Under the pieces are notes generated by a model. It was not told the origin of the DNA. It searched no databases and saw only the letters and a list, made by a program, of their open reading frames with translations. Both the position numbers and the translations under genes were made by a program. Shown here in pieces: positions 25,709 through 39,754 of a stretch of DNA of 64,000 nucleotides (positions are counted from its first letter, which is position 1; each line of letters opens with the position of its first letter). This DNA comes from the human T2T-CHM13v2.0 reference genome, Homo sapiens, in NCBI RefSeq assembly GCF_009914755.1, contig NC_060926.1; one strand, 5' to 3'.

Positions 25709-28052
25709 CAGGCCTACCTCATTTGACTACACTTAGTTTCAACATGCTTCTCACTGAAGGTTTGCAGCAACTCTGTGTTGAACAAGTCTACCAATGCTAT
25801 TTTTCAATAGTATGTGCTCACTTTCTGTCTCTGTGTCACACTTTGATATCTTCATAATATTTGAAACTTTTTCATTACTATTATGAAACAGACTATTACT
25901 ATGTCTGTTATGGTGATCTGTGATAATTGATCTTTGATGATACTACTGTAATGGTCTTGGGGCACCATGAATTGTGCCCAAATACAATGGAAAACTTAAT
26001 CAATAAATGTGTGTATTATGAGTGCTCCACCACCTTGCTGCTCTTCCATTTTTCTTACTCTCCTTGGGCCTTCCTATAACCTTAGATAAAACAATATTGA
26101 AATTAAGCTAATTAATAACACTACAATGGCCTTTAAGCATTCACGTGAAATGAAGAGTTTTGTGTCTCATTCCTCACTTTAAACCAAAAGCTAGACATAA
26201 TTAAGTATTGTAAGAAAGGCATGCCAAAAGCTGAGATAGGCCTCTTGCACCAAATAGCTAAGTTGTGAATGCACATGAGAGGTTCTGTAAGAAAATGAAA
26301 AGTACTACCCCAGTAAAAACACAAATAATAAGAAACTGAAAAACACCTATTGCTTATATGAAGAAAATTTTGGTGGTCTGTGTAGACGATTGAACCAGCC
26401 ACACCATTTTCTTAAGCTACAGCCTGATCCAGAGTAAGGCCATAACCCTCTTCTATGAAGACTGAGAGAGGTGAGAAAGATGGAAAATAACAGTTTGAAG
26501 CTAGCAGAGGTTGGCTCATGCAGTTTAAGGAAAGAAGCTGCCCTTATAATATAAAAGTGCAAGATGAAGCAGCAAGCATTGAGGTAGACGCTGCAGCAAT
26601 TATCCAGATCTAGCTGAGATCATTGATGAAGGTGGCTACACTCAATAGATTTTCAATGCAGACAAAAGAGTTTTTTATTGGAAGTAGATGCCAAATGGGA
26701 CTTTCCTAACTAGAGAGAAGTCAATGTCTGGCTTCAAATCTTCAAAGGACAGGCTGATTCTCTTGTTAGTGGTTAATGCAACTGATGACTTTAAGTTGAA
26801 CTCATTGTTCACTTACAATTCGGAAAATCCTAAGACCCTTATGCTAGATCTACTTGACATGTGCTCTATAAATGAAACCACAAAGCCTGGATGACAGCAA
26901 CTGTTTACAGCATGGTTTACTGAATATTTTAAGCTCACTATTGAGAACTACTGCTCAGGAAAAAAGGTGCTTTTCAAAATATTACAGCTTATTGACAATG
27001 TGCCTGGTCACCCAAGAGCTCTGATGGAAATGTATGAGGAGATTAATGTTTTCATCACTGCTGATACAACATTTATTCTGAAGTCCAGGGATCAAGAAAT
27101 AATTTTGACTTTCAATCCTTATCATTTAAGAGATACATTCTGTAGCCCACAATTTCTGTAGATAGTGATTCCTCAGATAAATCTGGGTAAAGCATACTGA
27201 AAAACCTTCTGGAAAGGATTTATCCTTCTAGATTCCATCAGGAACTTTCAGGATTCATGGGAGGAAGTCAAAATATCAACATGAACAGGTGTTTGGAAGA
27301 AGTCGATTCCACCCCTCATGGGTGACTTGAGTGTTTCCAGACTTCAGTGAGAAAATAACTGCAAATGTGGTAGAAGTGGCAAGAGAAGTAGAATTAGAAA
27401 GGGAGCCTGAAGATGGGACAGAATTGCTGTAATCTCATGATAAAACTTGAACGGATGAGGACTTGCTCTTACAGATGAGCAAAGAAAATGTTTTATTGAG
27501 ATAGAACCCACTCCTGGTGAAGACGCTATGAACATTGTTGAAATTATAGCAAAGAATTTAGAATATTACATAAACTTAGTTGATAAAGCAGTATCAGAGT
27601 TTGAAATAATTGACTCCAATTAAAAAAGTTCTATTTCGGGTAAAATGCTATCAGATAGCATTAGATGCTATAGAGAAATCATTTGCGAAAGGAAGAGTCA
27701 ATCAATGTGGGAAAATTTATTGTTGTCTTATTTTCAGAAATTGCCACAGCCACCCCGACCTTCAGCAACAACCACCCTGATCCGTCAGCAGCCAGCAACG
27801 TCAGTGTAAGACCCTCCACCAGTGAAATGGTTATGAGTTGCTGAAACATTTTTTAGCAACGAGTATTTTAAAATTAAGATCCATAAACTTTTGAGACATA
27901 AAACTATTGCATATTTAATAAATTTCAGCATAGTGTAAACATGCCTTTTAGATGCACTGGGAAACCAACAAATTCTTGACTTGCTCTGTTGCGATGTTCA
28001 CTTTATTGCTGTAGTCTGGAACCGAACCAACAATATCTCTGAGGTATGCCTG
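25709..28052 (+). mobile_element. Full-length Tigger1 DNA transposon with a decayed transposase
   Basis: TIRs caggcctacctc / gaggtatgcctg, TA duplication on both sides, 2344 bp. ORF 26688..26894 (KSMSGFKSSKDRLILLL...SENPK) and 26967..27161 (LIDNVPGHP) are pogo/Tigger DDE transposase fragments. Confidence 0.95.
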
Positions 28053-29949
28053 TATGTTTAATCTTTGATCTACAAAAAGTAGAAATTTTTCATAAATAGA
28101 AGGTTAAACAAACAGACAAGTAAATACATCACATCAGTCAGGAGGAACAGTTTGTGCAATGATGCAAATGCAAGTGAAAAGGCAGCAATGTTCTTTGTTT
28201 ACCAGTTTGTTTCTGATCAAAATGACTGGCTGGGGGTCTACTCACCAGAGACACACTTGCATAAGTCTTTAAAGAAAAGGAGATGAAGAATCAGGCATGT
28301 ATATTTGAAACACTGACAGCAACGTAGTTATCCAATGGAGGAAGCAAGTTGAAACAGATCTTCATTTCTGAAATTTATCTCTAGGGTTGTCTTCTTCTCT
28401 GAACCAAAAGTTCCATGTCAGGTTCCTGTGGAGAGAAACAGCTCAAATTAAAACATGGAGGAGCTGCCTTTTTGATGAATTGCTTGCGGTGCTGAGCATA
28501 GAAAGCAGTATATTTCCACCCCAGGGCTCTTCCACCCAGATGCTGGTGGTCTTCTGCAGGTCCTCTCAATACCTCTGCTGATTTGGATCTAATCTCATGG
28601 CCTCTGACTGTCTGAAGTTTTTCTCCAACCTCAAAAATATTAATAAACTGTGAAGGAAATCAGGACTTTTGTATATCTATTAGTGAGGTCTTTGCCATCA
28701 TTTCTCCACATATCAATTGTTCATCCAGACACAGATTTTCTGGATGGGAGAAATCACTGGGACGATAGGAGCATACTATCTAATGGGTCTAGCTTCGGGA
28801 TTAGTTGACATTTATAAGATCACCTTCAGATATAATTCTTTGAGAAAATGATTTTAAAGCAAAATTCGATATCTGTAAAATGAACACTTGCCAATGCTTG
28901 AGAGCAAGAAGGATTTGTAAGCCAAATATAATGCTGTAAGAAATTGATATAAATTGATTTTTATTTAGTGTAAAAAAGTCAGAGTACATTGTAGAAAATG
29001 CATTTATGTTAAAATAAGGAAATAATAATAATAATCCTGACACTGTACAATCTTGGTCCCTTGACCACATGACCAAGTGGCATCATGGCATCAGGCCTTA
29101 CTGAAGTCAAGTCTTCTTACTTTTTCTTCCCGAAATAAGTCTGACTTTCAAAATTTGTTAATGAATCTGATGTTATATTTTTTACTTACTGGATGGGCAG
29201 TACTCTTTTAGGCCAAGTCAAACCAATTTATTTTTGTGTAAATATCTAAGATCACAAATGCAATTTTGTTTAATTTATGGACAGATTTACTTTGACTTTG
29301 GAATTGAGGTGCTATTATAACAAATAGGGACTTACAGAACAACAAAAATTAAATTAAATTGTAAGTAATCACAGGTCTAGGGTAAGGAAATTAAAAGGAA
29401 CAGAATGTTCACCGAGTTTCAGGGCTGCGTATGCAGGTGCAAGCTGTAGCAAACCTAGCTGTGTCATCGATCCCAGTTAGGGAAGTTGACATACTACCAA
29501 ATTTTACCTTTACTGTGTAATTTATAAACAAATTTGTTGACATGCAAATTATAACTTGTCCTGAAAATGTCTTTCACTAATTAAAGCTTGCAGAAGCCTG
29601 GGAAGGGCTGAATAATTAATACAATGCTGGCATGTTTTTTAGTCAAGTAAAGTATTACCAAATTAGATGTCAAGATTAAGGAAAATGAACTACTTAAAAA
29701 CACATTTTAGTTTTTTAACTCTCTTTACTTTTGAAATATATTCTGAGGAACCTTCTGCCAGGAGGAGAATATGAACTCTTAAGTACCGAGAATCTGCTAG
29801 ATGCCACGTCATATGCAAGCGGTTCCCGTCTTGTTTCCCCTCAGCTCTGTGTTGCCCACAGCAGCTCCATCCTTAGCCCAGCCAGCCAGAGTGTTCAGAC
29901 TAACTTGGCCACGATTCATCTGCCATCACGTTGGTTACATAATGGCAGG

Positions 29950-30115
29950 GTACGGTGAAAAGAACATAGGATCTAGAGTGAGATAAGCCTGGGCTCAAAT
30001 TCTCATATCTTCATGTATTAGCTTTGTAACATTGGAGTGATTACTTTCTGAACTCTCTGAACATGTGCTGATTCATCTATAAGTCATTATAGGCATCATA
30101 TAGGTTGAATAAGAG
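29950..30115 (+). mobile_element. MIR fragment
   Basis: 'aagaacataggatctagagtgagataagcctgggctcaaattc...tagctttgtaacattgg...tcatctataa'. Confidence 0.55.
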
Positions 30116-30863
30116 AATCTAATCAAACACCATAGTGACTACTCCAAAAACTATCTCTCCATTTTGTTTAGTTTGGGCCATGTATCTATTAAACAGGTAA
30201 CAAAATTACGCACTTAGTAATGAATAGGGAGAATGACGATGAGTAGAACATTGCATTAGAAAGAAAGTCTGCCACATGTAGGGATCTTTAGCTTTGAAAA
30301 CTGAGTAGATGTATCCATTTTATTCTAGAAAATGACATAATTGCTAATGATATTATGGTATAAAATATGAAGCTTTTAGCAAGTAATAATAATGATAAAA
30401 CTTTCAAACAACTGTCACTATCTGACTCATTTTCATTTGCAGATTGAAGAGGTTTTATTAGGTATGCGATGAAAGAGATTTCTGCCTGTTGGATGGGATT
30501 GGCTAAGCACCACTAAGTAATAATTATTATAATAATGGTAGCTAAGCACCAGTTCAAATATATTTTGTTTAACTTTGTATTCCACAGCATCTGGAAGTTC
30601 CTGCTATGTAGTAGACATTAAACACATATTGTTGATTTAAATTCATGGACTTCTCGTTTATCACCATTAGCACAGCTCTCATGATCCACCCTCTTCCCAC
30701 GCCAAGAAAATACATGTACACCTATAGGCCTGAGGTTCTCCTAGAGAAAAAGGGTTTAAGTTTGTCAATGTAGACATTTTTTTTTTTTAACTATAAGGAA
30801 GTTTTTAGTGTTATCCTGTATTAGGAGGAAAAATATTTTGTCCTAAAAGTGTAAGACTATTTT

Positions 30864-30964
30864 TGTGTATGTATGTATGTATGTGTGTGTATGTATGTAT
30901 GTATGTATGTATGTGTTTGTATTTGTTTTTGTACATATGTACGTGTGTGTGTGTGTGTGTGTGT
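30864..30964. repeat. Compound (TATG)n/(TG)n microsatellite
   Basis: Read directly. Confidence 0.92.
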
Positions 30965-32605
30965 ATTTGCAAGGCATATAATCAAATTTTCTCTGATGGA
31001 AAGAATATTAAACTTTAATGTAATAGATGGAGCCATTTTATCTTTATAGTGATAAAGAACATGCAATTGTAAATATTTTGAGGAACACATGTTACACCCT
31101 AATCACCTTTAATCTAGGGAAAAAGGGCTGGAAAAAGGCTGGCAGGAGGTGAGCCAGGGCTGTCCTCAGAATGAATAATCCATTTGCAAACAACCTACAT
31201 GATTTCAGTACAGTCAGTACATTCTCAAATGGCCAAAATATTTATTATTTTAATATGTTAATGTGAATTATTTGATGTCTTGTAGGCAACGATGTTTCCA
31301 TTCCTTTCTGCTTAATGTTAGAGGAGTACTATCTTCATAATCATAGACACAATTGATGCAGCACAGCAAAGAGATCCCTTTGTAGTTTGTGGAAATCAGT
31401 CATGATGTTAATGTGCTCATACAACAAATGAAAACATTGATTGATCTGAATCATTGATTAATATCACTACCTGTAGTGATATTAAGCAGGCACAATCATA
31501 CAACAGTATTTTTATGAATATCAGTGTGCTTTTAAATATTAATGATTATCAACAAAGACAGAAGTACATAGCAGACAAATTCTAAATGGATCCAAAGTGA
31601 TACTATAAGTTGCAGAATTATGTTTGAATGTCCAACAAGACTTTTTATAGGGTTTATAGGTTCCAAAACCAGATAATTAATCCAGTCAGAAGCAAAATGA
31701 TTTGGAGGCTGAAGGAGAATGAAAACCATTACTCCAGAGCAAATGGTAGACAAGATGGCATACAGAACAGGCTGAGAAATGGCAGAGCATGTTTGAGAGG
31801 TGGGGTTAGGTCATGAATTAGTCCTGTAGATACCCTATGTGGTTAGTTGCAAGGGGGCTATCAAATGGCAGGTATCACAGCCATGTTTATGCCTAAAGGT
31901 CACAACTGTGGTAGATGTTTTTGCTTTTGTTTGCTTTTATTTGTTTATTTATTTATTTTTACTCATTTTATTCATTGTGACTTGACGGGGAGCAATGTTT
32001 GTGCTATATGATTCTGAGAGCTACTATTTGGGTATTCTAAGATATTTCTTCCTGTTCATTTTTTTTTTTTTCGTTTATGGACAAAACTTAGGCAGTATGA
32101 GAGTGTATAACTTTAGATGGGCTGGTAGCTGGAAGCAGCTGAGAATTTGGATTCTTTTCATTCTTTCCCCACATTTCAATGTATCCAAGAGATGTGCTAT
32201 GCAGACTGCATATAGATCTTTTCATTTCACCAAATTATATAACTTTCTGTACTAATCTCAGTAAAGATTAACAAATGGAGTCAGCTGGTAAATCTTTAGC
32301 TAAAATAATTGATCCTTAATACTTCTTTAACTTTGGGCTTTTACAAGATGTGTAAGGTGGGATACATTTAAATTGCAAAATATTATGTGCTAAAATGGCA
32401 GGTATTGTATGAAGTTTTGCTCTTTGTAATTTCCACTTTAAGTATATACTCAAGAAAAAAAAGTAATCCAGTAGATGTCTAGGTTTTGAGCTATTATTCT
32501 AGATTTAATTGTACATAAATACTGACTACAATTCCAAAGAAACACTTTTAAGTGGGTTTTTACCTATATCATGGGATAATTTTTGTACATCTTTGATTTT
32601 TTTCT

Positions 32606-32898
32606 CTTTGTTTTTTAGTAGCGGGGTCTCACTTTGTCACCCAGGCTGGAGTGCAGTGGCACAATCTCGGCTCACTGCAGCCTTGACCTCTGGAGCCTAA
32701 GCAATCCTCCCACCTCAGCCTCTAGAGTAGCTGAGACTAAAGGTACACACTACCACGCCTGGCTAATTTTTATATTTTTTGTAGAGACGGGTCTTGCCAT
32801 GTTGCCCAGGCTGGTCTCAAACTCCTGGACTCAAGATATCTTTTCACATCAGCCTCCCAAAGTGCTGGAATTAAAGGCATGAGCCACTGTGCCCAGCC
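32606..32898 (-). mobile_element. Alu (AluJ-like)
   Basis: Antisense dimer with J-type 'ctcactgcagccttgacctc' and 'ggtcttgccatgttgcccagg'. tgattttttt(t)ct lies on both flanks. Confidence 0.93.
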
Positions 32899-33329
32899 TG
32901 ATTTTTTTCTTCGTTTTTATAAGTTACCCTTAATCATTACAATTATTTTAAATAACTAAACAAACAACAAATAGCTACTCTGATTGAAATGACAAAACTG
33001 AGATATTGCCACATCTTCCAAAGACTACTAATGTACTATTACACATTTCATATCTAAAAGGAATTTTTCCTATTAGAGGAAATGAATCTCTTTTTAATAT
33101 CAAGCAACCTGGAAACAGTGACATCTATAGTGGGTGGGGCATGAGGAAACCTGAAGCTCCATTTTAGGGAAAAGATAATCAAAAGAGTATGGAAAAAAAA
33201 TAGGCTGCATAACTTGGAGTCAACTTTTCCTTCAGAGGAAAAAGGGTGGTTGAGGATGAACAGTCAAGGATGGTTTAATAGAGAGGCTGGGACTTTAAGT
33301 TAGCCTCAGTAAATGGGTAGAATTTGGGT

Positions 33330-33523
33330 AAAGAAGAAGGAAGGAAGGAAGGAAGGAAGGAGGAAGGAAGGAAAGAAGGAGGGAAGGAAGGAAGGAAGGA
33401 GGGAAGGAAGGAAGGAAAGAAGGAATGAAGGAAAACAGAAGAAGACAGAAGGAAGGAAGGAAGGAAATAAAAGAAAAGAAGAAGAAGAAAAAGGAGGAGG
33501 AGGAAGGAAGGAAGGAAGGAGAA
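33330..33523. repeat. (GGAA)n / purine-rich simple repeat
   Basis: About 190 bp of almost pure A/G. Confidence 0.95.
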
Positions 33524-35161
33524 ATAGATATTAATTTCTTACATGTCACTGAATGGCTCCCCTTCTCCCATGAAGGATAGCTGTTTAAATGGATTGAATC
33601 CCAAAACTATGGTACTGAATCATTATTGAGATTTAATTTTGCAGTGTCCCAAATATATCAATTATGTTGGGATTATCACAGTCATTTTTGCTAAAACTAA
33701 AAATGGAATCATAAATCTCTCTGAATTCTAATGATTTTCTTCGGATTAATGTACTAGGAATCCTGTGTAGCTGATGTGCTCACCTATAGAATTAATTGAA
33801 GCAAGAAAAAGTAGGAAGAATAACTTCTTGCATTTTTTATTATAGATATAATTTCAATAAGTCACTGATGCAAGAGAGGGGAAAGCCGCGGTGAAATCAC
33901 CAACTGTCAATTACATTAAAACCCATGAGTTTTCAACATATGGATTAAAGCATCTTGCAATCTCCCTTAGGGAATTTGTTCTTGGAAAATCCCCATGGTT
34001 TAAATTTCTACTGCACATGACATTCTGTGGATGGGGGAAGGGGTCTGAGCTAGACTGTGCAGTAAAAGCATGTGCTTTTGGTTTTGCAATGTGTCCTCTT
34101 GTGGTCCTTCTCTAATAGTGCTTCTACCTACTCCGTCAACAATCCAGAGGACACCTTCTTTTCCTTTAGCTTTCTGCTCTTACAATAAAAGTTTAATTAA
34201 GAATGAACTATGTTAATTAACAAGGCATTGTAATTCAATACTATCTCCCCTCCTCTGAGAATTTTAAAAATAATTCAGAGAGCGTTCTTTTCAGGCATCT
34301 GTTATATCCTGTATATTGTCTAGGTAGCCAGTATACAATGATAAGCTGCTGTTATTTCTCATGAAGAATCTAAAACCCGGAGTACCTTCAATGTAAATAA
34401 TAAATCACTATTTTGAAGAATTGTGTACATTTGGGAAGCTGTCTTAGTGCTTTTGAAATGACTTCAGTATGTCAGTTGGTCTGGGGATTGAATGAGGCTA
34501 GTCTTCAATCTACCACCTTGAGGGCCTGGTGATAGACTGAAGGGGAAAAGCAGAGTCTGAAGATAGATTTAACAATAATTGCAGAGATGTCATTGATATT
34601 TATGTTGTGAATGAATAGCAAGGCACGGTGAGAACCTCGAGATTGAAGAAGTAAAATTGATACCCAGGGAGGAGATCACATACCTACCAAAAGGAAAAGG
34701 TGAAACAAGAAGTGGTTTCCCAATGCTAAGGCAAAAAATAGCAGTGTGAGGTTATTGTCTAACAATGACAAAATATGGATAACAAAGGAAAGGGGTGGTT
34801 GGCTTAAACATAGAAAAATGCAGCCTCAATATTGGAAGTGTTTATCCAAAACTGTTAGAACTCCATAAATAAGAACAAAAGTGAAGATATTCTAACTTGG
34901 TGAAAGCAACTCAGCGACATTCATTTCCTCCAGCTTAATCTTTGTACATATCTCATTCTCAGAATATATTTCAATATTTTTTAGCTGTTTGCTATTATCT
35001 AGAGAGAATGTGCTGAGATACAAACACAATCCACTGTGCTGGATAATTATATGTTTCACTAAAACACATCTACGAATTTTCTAGTTTTTATGTGTGGCTT
35101 TTATGAGTTTTGTTAGTGTGAGTCTTCCCTACACAACTTCACGACTGAGAGGAACATTTAA

Positions 35162-35554
<393 letters not shown>

Positions 35555-36789
35555 CCAAACTTTCAAAACATGGCAATCACCCACTCATGTAAACAAATGG
35601 TATATCACTTTTTTCAAATAAAGTGGTTACTTGGTAGAAAAGGCAAAATAGCAATGTATAACAAAATCTCTATTCTTACATAAAATCCATGGACTTGGGT
35701 TACACCAATTTGGAGAACTCTTCGTTAAAGAGGGAAATCTGGAGTAGTAAAAGAGATGGAGAAAGTGAGTGAATGTTCCCATTGAAGCCAGTCAACTGGC
35801 ACCGTAGCCGTTTGTGGTGACAAGATGGGACCTAAACCATCTGCTACTCATCTTATTCAGCTAAAAACAAACCAAACCAAAACAAAACAAAACCAAAAAT
35901 TTCTAAAGAGCTCTGATATTTCTTGAGTTGTGTTTTTGATAATGACTTGTTGTTCAATCTAGAGAAAATGAAAAGAACATTGCCACTCTTAAATTATTTC
36001 TAAACAACAACAAAAAAAACACAAGTAAAGTTAAGAAGACAGAACATGGTTGTAAGTTTTAAATATCCTAGTTAGAGATTGCTAGATTTCCCCTCATCTT
36101 AAAAATTATGAGCATCGACCTTCATTTATTTTGTTTTGATCAGGAGTATGGGATGAGAGATGCATCTAGATAATTGGGGCATTATCACATATCCAGGCAC
36201 TGTAATTTCAAATGGCTTGAAAGGGGAGGCCAGGAAGCACATCTAAAGAAGCCAATGTTACAACACAAAGAACTCATACTCTTGGATTTTAAAGTAGAAT
36301 TTAAAAAAAATTCAAGGTTCATAACCAGAGATGAAAATGAGATTATAGAATATGCCTAAAATAATTATTTCCAGAAATCTAAATTTTAAATAACGAGGAT
36401 TTGGAAAATTTCAAAGAAAATGAGAAATGACTGATTTTCAAAGAAAAAAAAACAACTAAGGCAAGATCATGAAGCTTCAGCAAGAGGATCTGAGAAAAAA
36501 ATGACTCAATTCTATTTTTGCTTCTGTCTTCTGTGACAAGAGAAACAATTTTCAGGAGAAAAATTGTAAAGTAAATTTCCTATTAAAGAGTTGCCACTCA
36601 AGATAGATGAGATAATTCTAAAAAAACACCCAGATGCTCTAAATGAGTACGAGTCTGCAGTATTTTTTTAAACCTGTCTAGAATCTATTTACTCCTCTTT
36701 TCCAAAAATAGGCTTTACTCATTTTTACCCAGAGATGGGCAGATGAATCAGAAAGAGCCAATCATAGAATTCCATCTTTCTTAACATGA

Positions 36790-37105
36790 TGTGTTATAAT
36801 CCCAACCTAGCCAAATGTTTTTCTTTCCCAGGAAGCTGGAAGGATGGATTTTCTTTTGTCTATTGAGTCAAGAAACTGAGCTGGTGATCATGAAGATAAC
36901 ACCTATATATAATGAAAGAGTAAAAGGCAAGCAGAATCAGAGTCAGTCCTAATGTTCACTGGGTTCCCAATTCCAGCCCTTTGGTTCTTGAGAGTCGTCC
37001 TTCCTTCAATTCAGTGAATCTCAATATTAATAAATTCTGCATCCTTTACCCGTGTATTTTTAGGCAAGTGTGAGCTAAGTTCCTATCACTTGAAACCAAA
37101 AGAAT
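36790..37105 (+). mobile_element. Old MaLR/ERVL LTR remnant
   Basis: AATAAA followed by 'gttcctatcacttgaaaccaaaaga', similar to the 3' ends of old MLT1-type LTRs. Confidence 0.4.
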
Positions 37106-37264
37106 TTTTAAAAATACAAAACAAAAACAAACAAGAAAAACAATCTTTACTATTCTGAGTCTTAACCTTGATTAAGGCAAACAAACCTTGTACATGAGGC
37201 TGCTGAATGACTGTGAGTTGTCCTTGAAAATTTGGGGGCAACTGAAGCGATGAAGGAGGAGCTG

Positions 37265-37475
37265 AAAGGGCCTCAGGTGTTTCTACATGATATATATAAA
37301 GGGCTCAGGTGTTTCTATATGACATATATAAAGGGCTCAGGTGTTTCTATATGATATATATAAAGGGCTCAGGTGTTTCTATATGACATATATAAAGGGC
37401 TCAGGTGTTTCTATATGATGTCTATAAAGGGCCTCAGGTGTTTATATATGATATATATAAAGGGCTCAGGTGTTT
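37265..37475. repeat. Minisatellite with a 32-33 bp unit, about 6.5 copies
   Basis: Unit aaaggg(c)ctcaggtgtttctatatgayatatat starts at 37265, 37298, 37330, 37362, 37394, 37426 and 37459 (partial). Confidence 0.97.
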
Positions 37476-37616
37476 TGACTTATTTCTGGTCACCATGGAA
37501 AAAGCAGGATGTCCCTATATGCCCCGCAGGCAGGTAGCCCGCAATAGATTATCACTGGGAAAACTCTCCCTACATCAAGTCTACTCTCATCCAAGTACCC
37601 AGTCAGAGAAAATGTG

Positions 37617-38447
37617 AATATATGTGTGTGTGTATATATAAGTGCATATATATAGTATATATGCCATATATAATATATATATATTATAATATATTATATA
37701 CATTATATTGTATATATACTATATATGGTATATATAGTATACATAATATAAAATGTATATTGTAATATACATTATATATATACATAGTGTACATTATATA
37801 ATATAATATAATGTATATTATAATATACATTATAATATAATAGTGTACTATGTATATAGTATATATAATGTATATTATAATGTATTATATAGTATAATAT
37901 AATATAATATACATTATATAGTATTGCATTATATATGCTATATAATATATAATATATTATGTATATATACATTATATATACTATATTATATAGTACATAT
38001 AATGTATATTATATAGTATATATAATATAATACATTATACATACAATATATAATGTATATTATATAGTATGTATAATGTAATACATTATACATAGTACAT
38101 AAAGTATATTATAATATATTATAATATATAATATACATTATATATTATAATGTATATAATATATTGTATATATACTATATATAATGTATATACAATTATA
38201 TATAATTGTATATATACATGTATATGTATATGTATATATACATGTATATGTATGTGTATATATACATATATGTATATGTATGTGTATATATGTATATGTA
38301 TATATGTATATGTATACGTATATATGTATATACAATGTATATATAATGTATATAAAAATATATAATATATACAATATGTATATAATGTATATAATTATAT
38401 AATATATAATATACATTATAATATATAATATACATTATATATATAAA
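37617..38447. repeat. Degenerate (TA)n low-complexity tract, ~830 bp
   Basis: Read directly. It generates the spurious Y/I-rich ORFs. Confidence 0.97.
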
Positions 38448-38601
38448 CATTTTATTTTTTAAAACTTTTAAAAGAGCCATTTATGGCTAGAAAACTGAAG
38501 CTTAGCTTTCCCTAAAATCTCTATACAATAAAAACATCATCCAAAAAGACACACATTCACCAAGCGTTCAGCACACTGGTGTTTGACTTACATAACTCTA
38601 A

Positions 38602-38949
<348 letters not shown>

Positions 38950-38950
38950 T

Positions 38951-39168
38951 CTTCAATTTTTATTTTAAGTTCAGGGGTACATGTGCAGGATGTGCAGGTT
39001 TGTTCCACAGGTAAACGTGTGACATGGTGGTTTGCTGCACACATCATCCCATCACCTAGGTATTAAGCCCAGCATCCCTTAGCTATCCTTCCTGATGCTC
39101 TCCCTCCCCCCACCCTACCCCACCCCCTCCAATAGCACCGGTGTGTGTTGTTGCCCACCATATGTTTT
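38951..39168 (-). mobile_element. Short L1PA (L1PA8-10-like) 3' end
   Basis: 'ttttattttaagttcaggggtacatgtgcaggatgtgcaggtttgtt...catcacctaggtattaagcccagcat'. ctaaagaaa flanks the Alu+L1 block on both sides. Confidence 0.88.
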
Positions 39169-39754
39169 CACTAAAGAAAACTCACCTCTCATAGGAGCCT
39201 TAGTCAGTGCACTCCAGCCCGTATTCATTAACCGCTTCTGAACAAGGGAGGGGTTTCTTCCTTCCCTCACACTTTCCTTCCCTCCAATTTCCTTCCCAGG
39301 AGCTCTCCTCTCCTTTTGACTTTCAAGTCATGGTTATCAGATACTTTGTTTTCATCTACTTCTAACTTAATTTCCTCTTTCTTATATTTCCATAATATTT
39401 AGTAGGGGTCTACAGAGTCTTCATCTCCCGGAAGCCAAAGGATTAAGACACTACTTGAGATTTTTAAATAATCCATGAATCTAGGTTGGGGTGGGGGTGC
39501 GTATATATTATCTATTATTTATACCTCTATCAGTGACAGCCAGTGCCTCCCAAAAAATCCTACCTTTTCCATCTTACAAACTCTCATTTTTCTCTGCTTT
39601 TTTCATGTGCCTTAAATCATAATTTATCTTTATAGCTTATATGTAAATATTCTTAAATAGAAGAAACATGTTACCTACCTATTACAAAATGCATCTCTTT
39701 ATGAAAACTGAGGCTGGATTTTATGACTCTAATCTCAAGGAAGATGCCAGCTTA

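Noticed and set aside
26688-27161. Transposase-like ORFs as a domesticated TIGD gene
   Set aside because: They are short pieces in different frames with stops, inside a TIR-bounded Tigger1.
28385-28581. Possible exon after 'tctctag'
   Set aside because: The acceptor is weak, there is no convincing donor, and the peptide is not recognisable.
37265-37475. 32-bp repeats resembling a CRISPR array
   Set aside because: The units are head-to-tail with no unique spacers, there are no cas genes, and the context is primate. It is a minisatellite.
37772-38480. Tyr/Ile-rich ORFs
   Set aside because: They are translations of (TA)n DNA.
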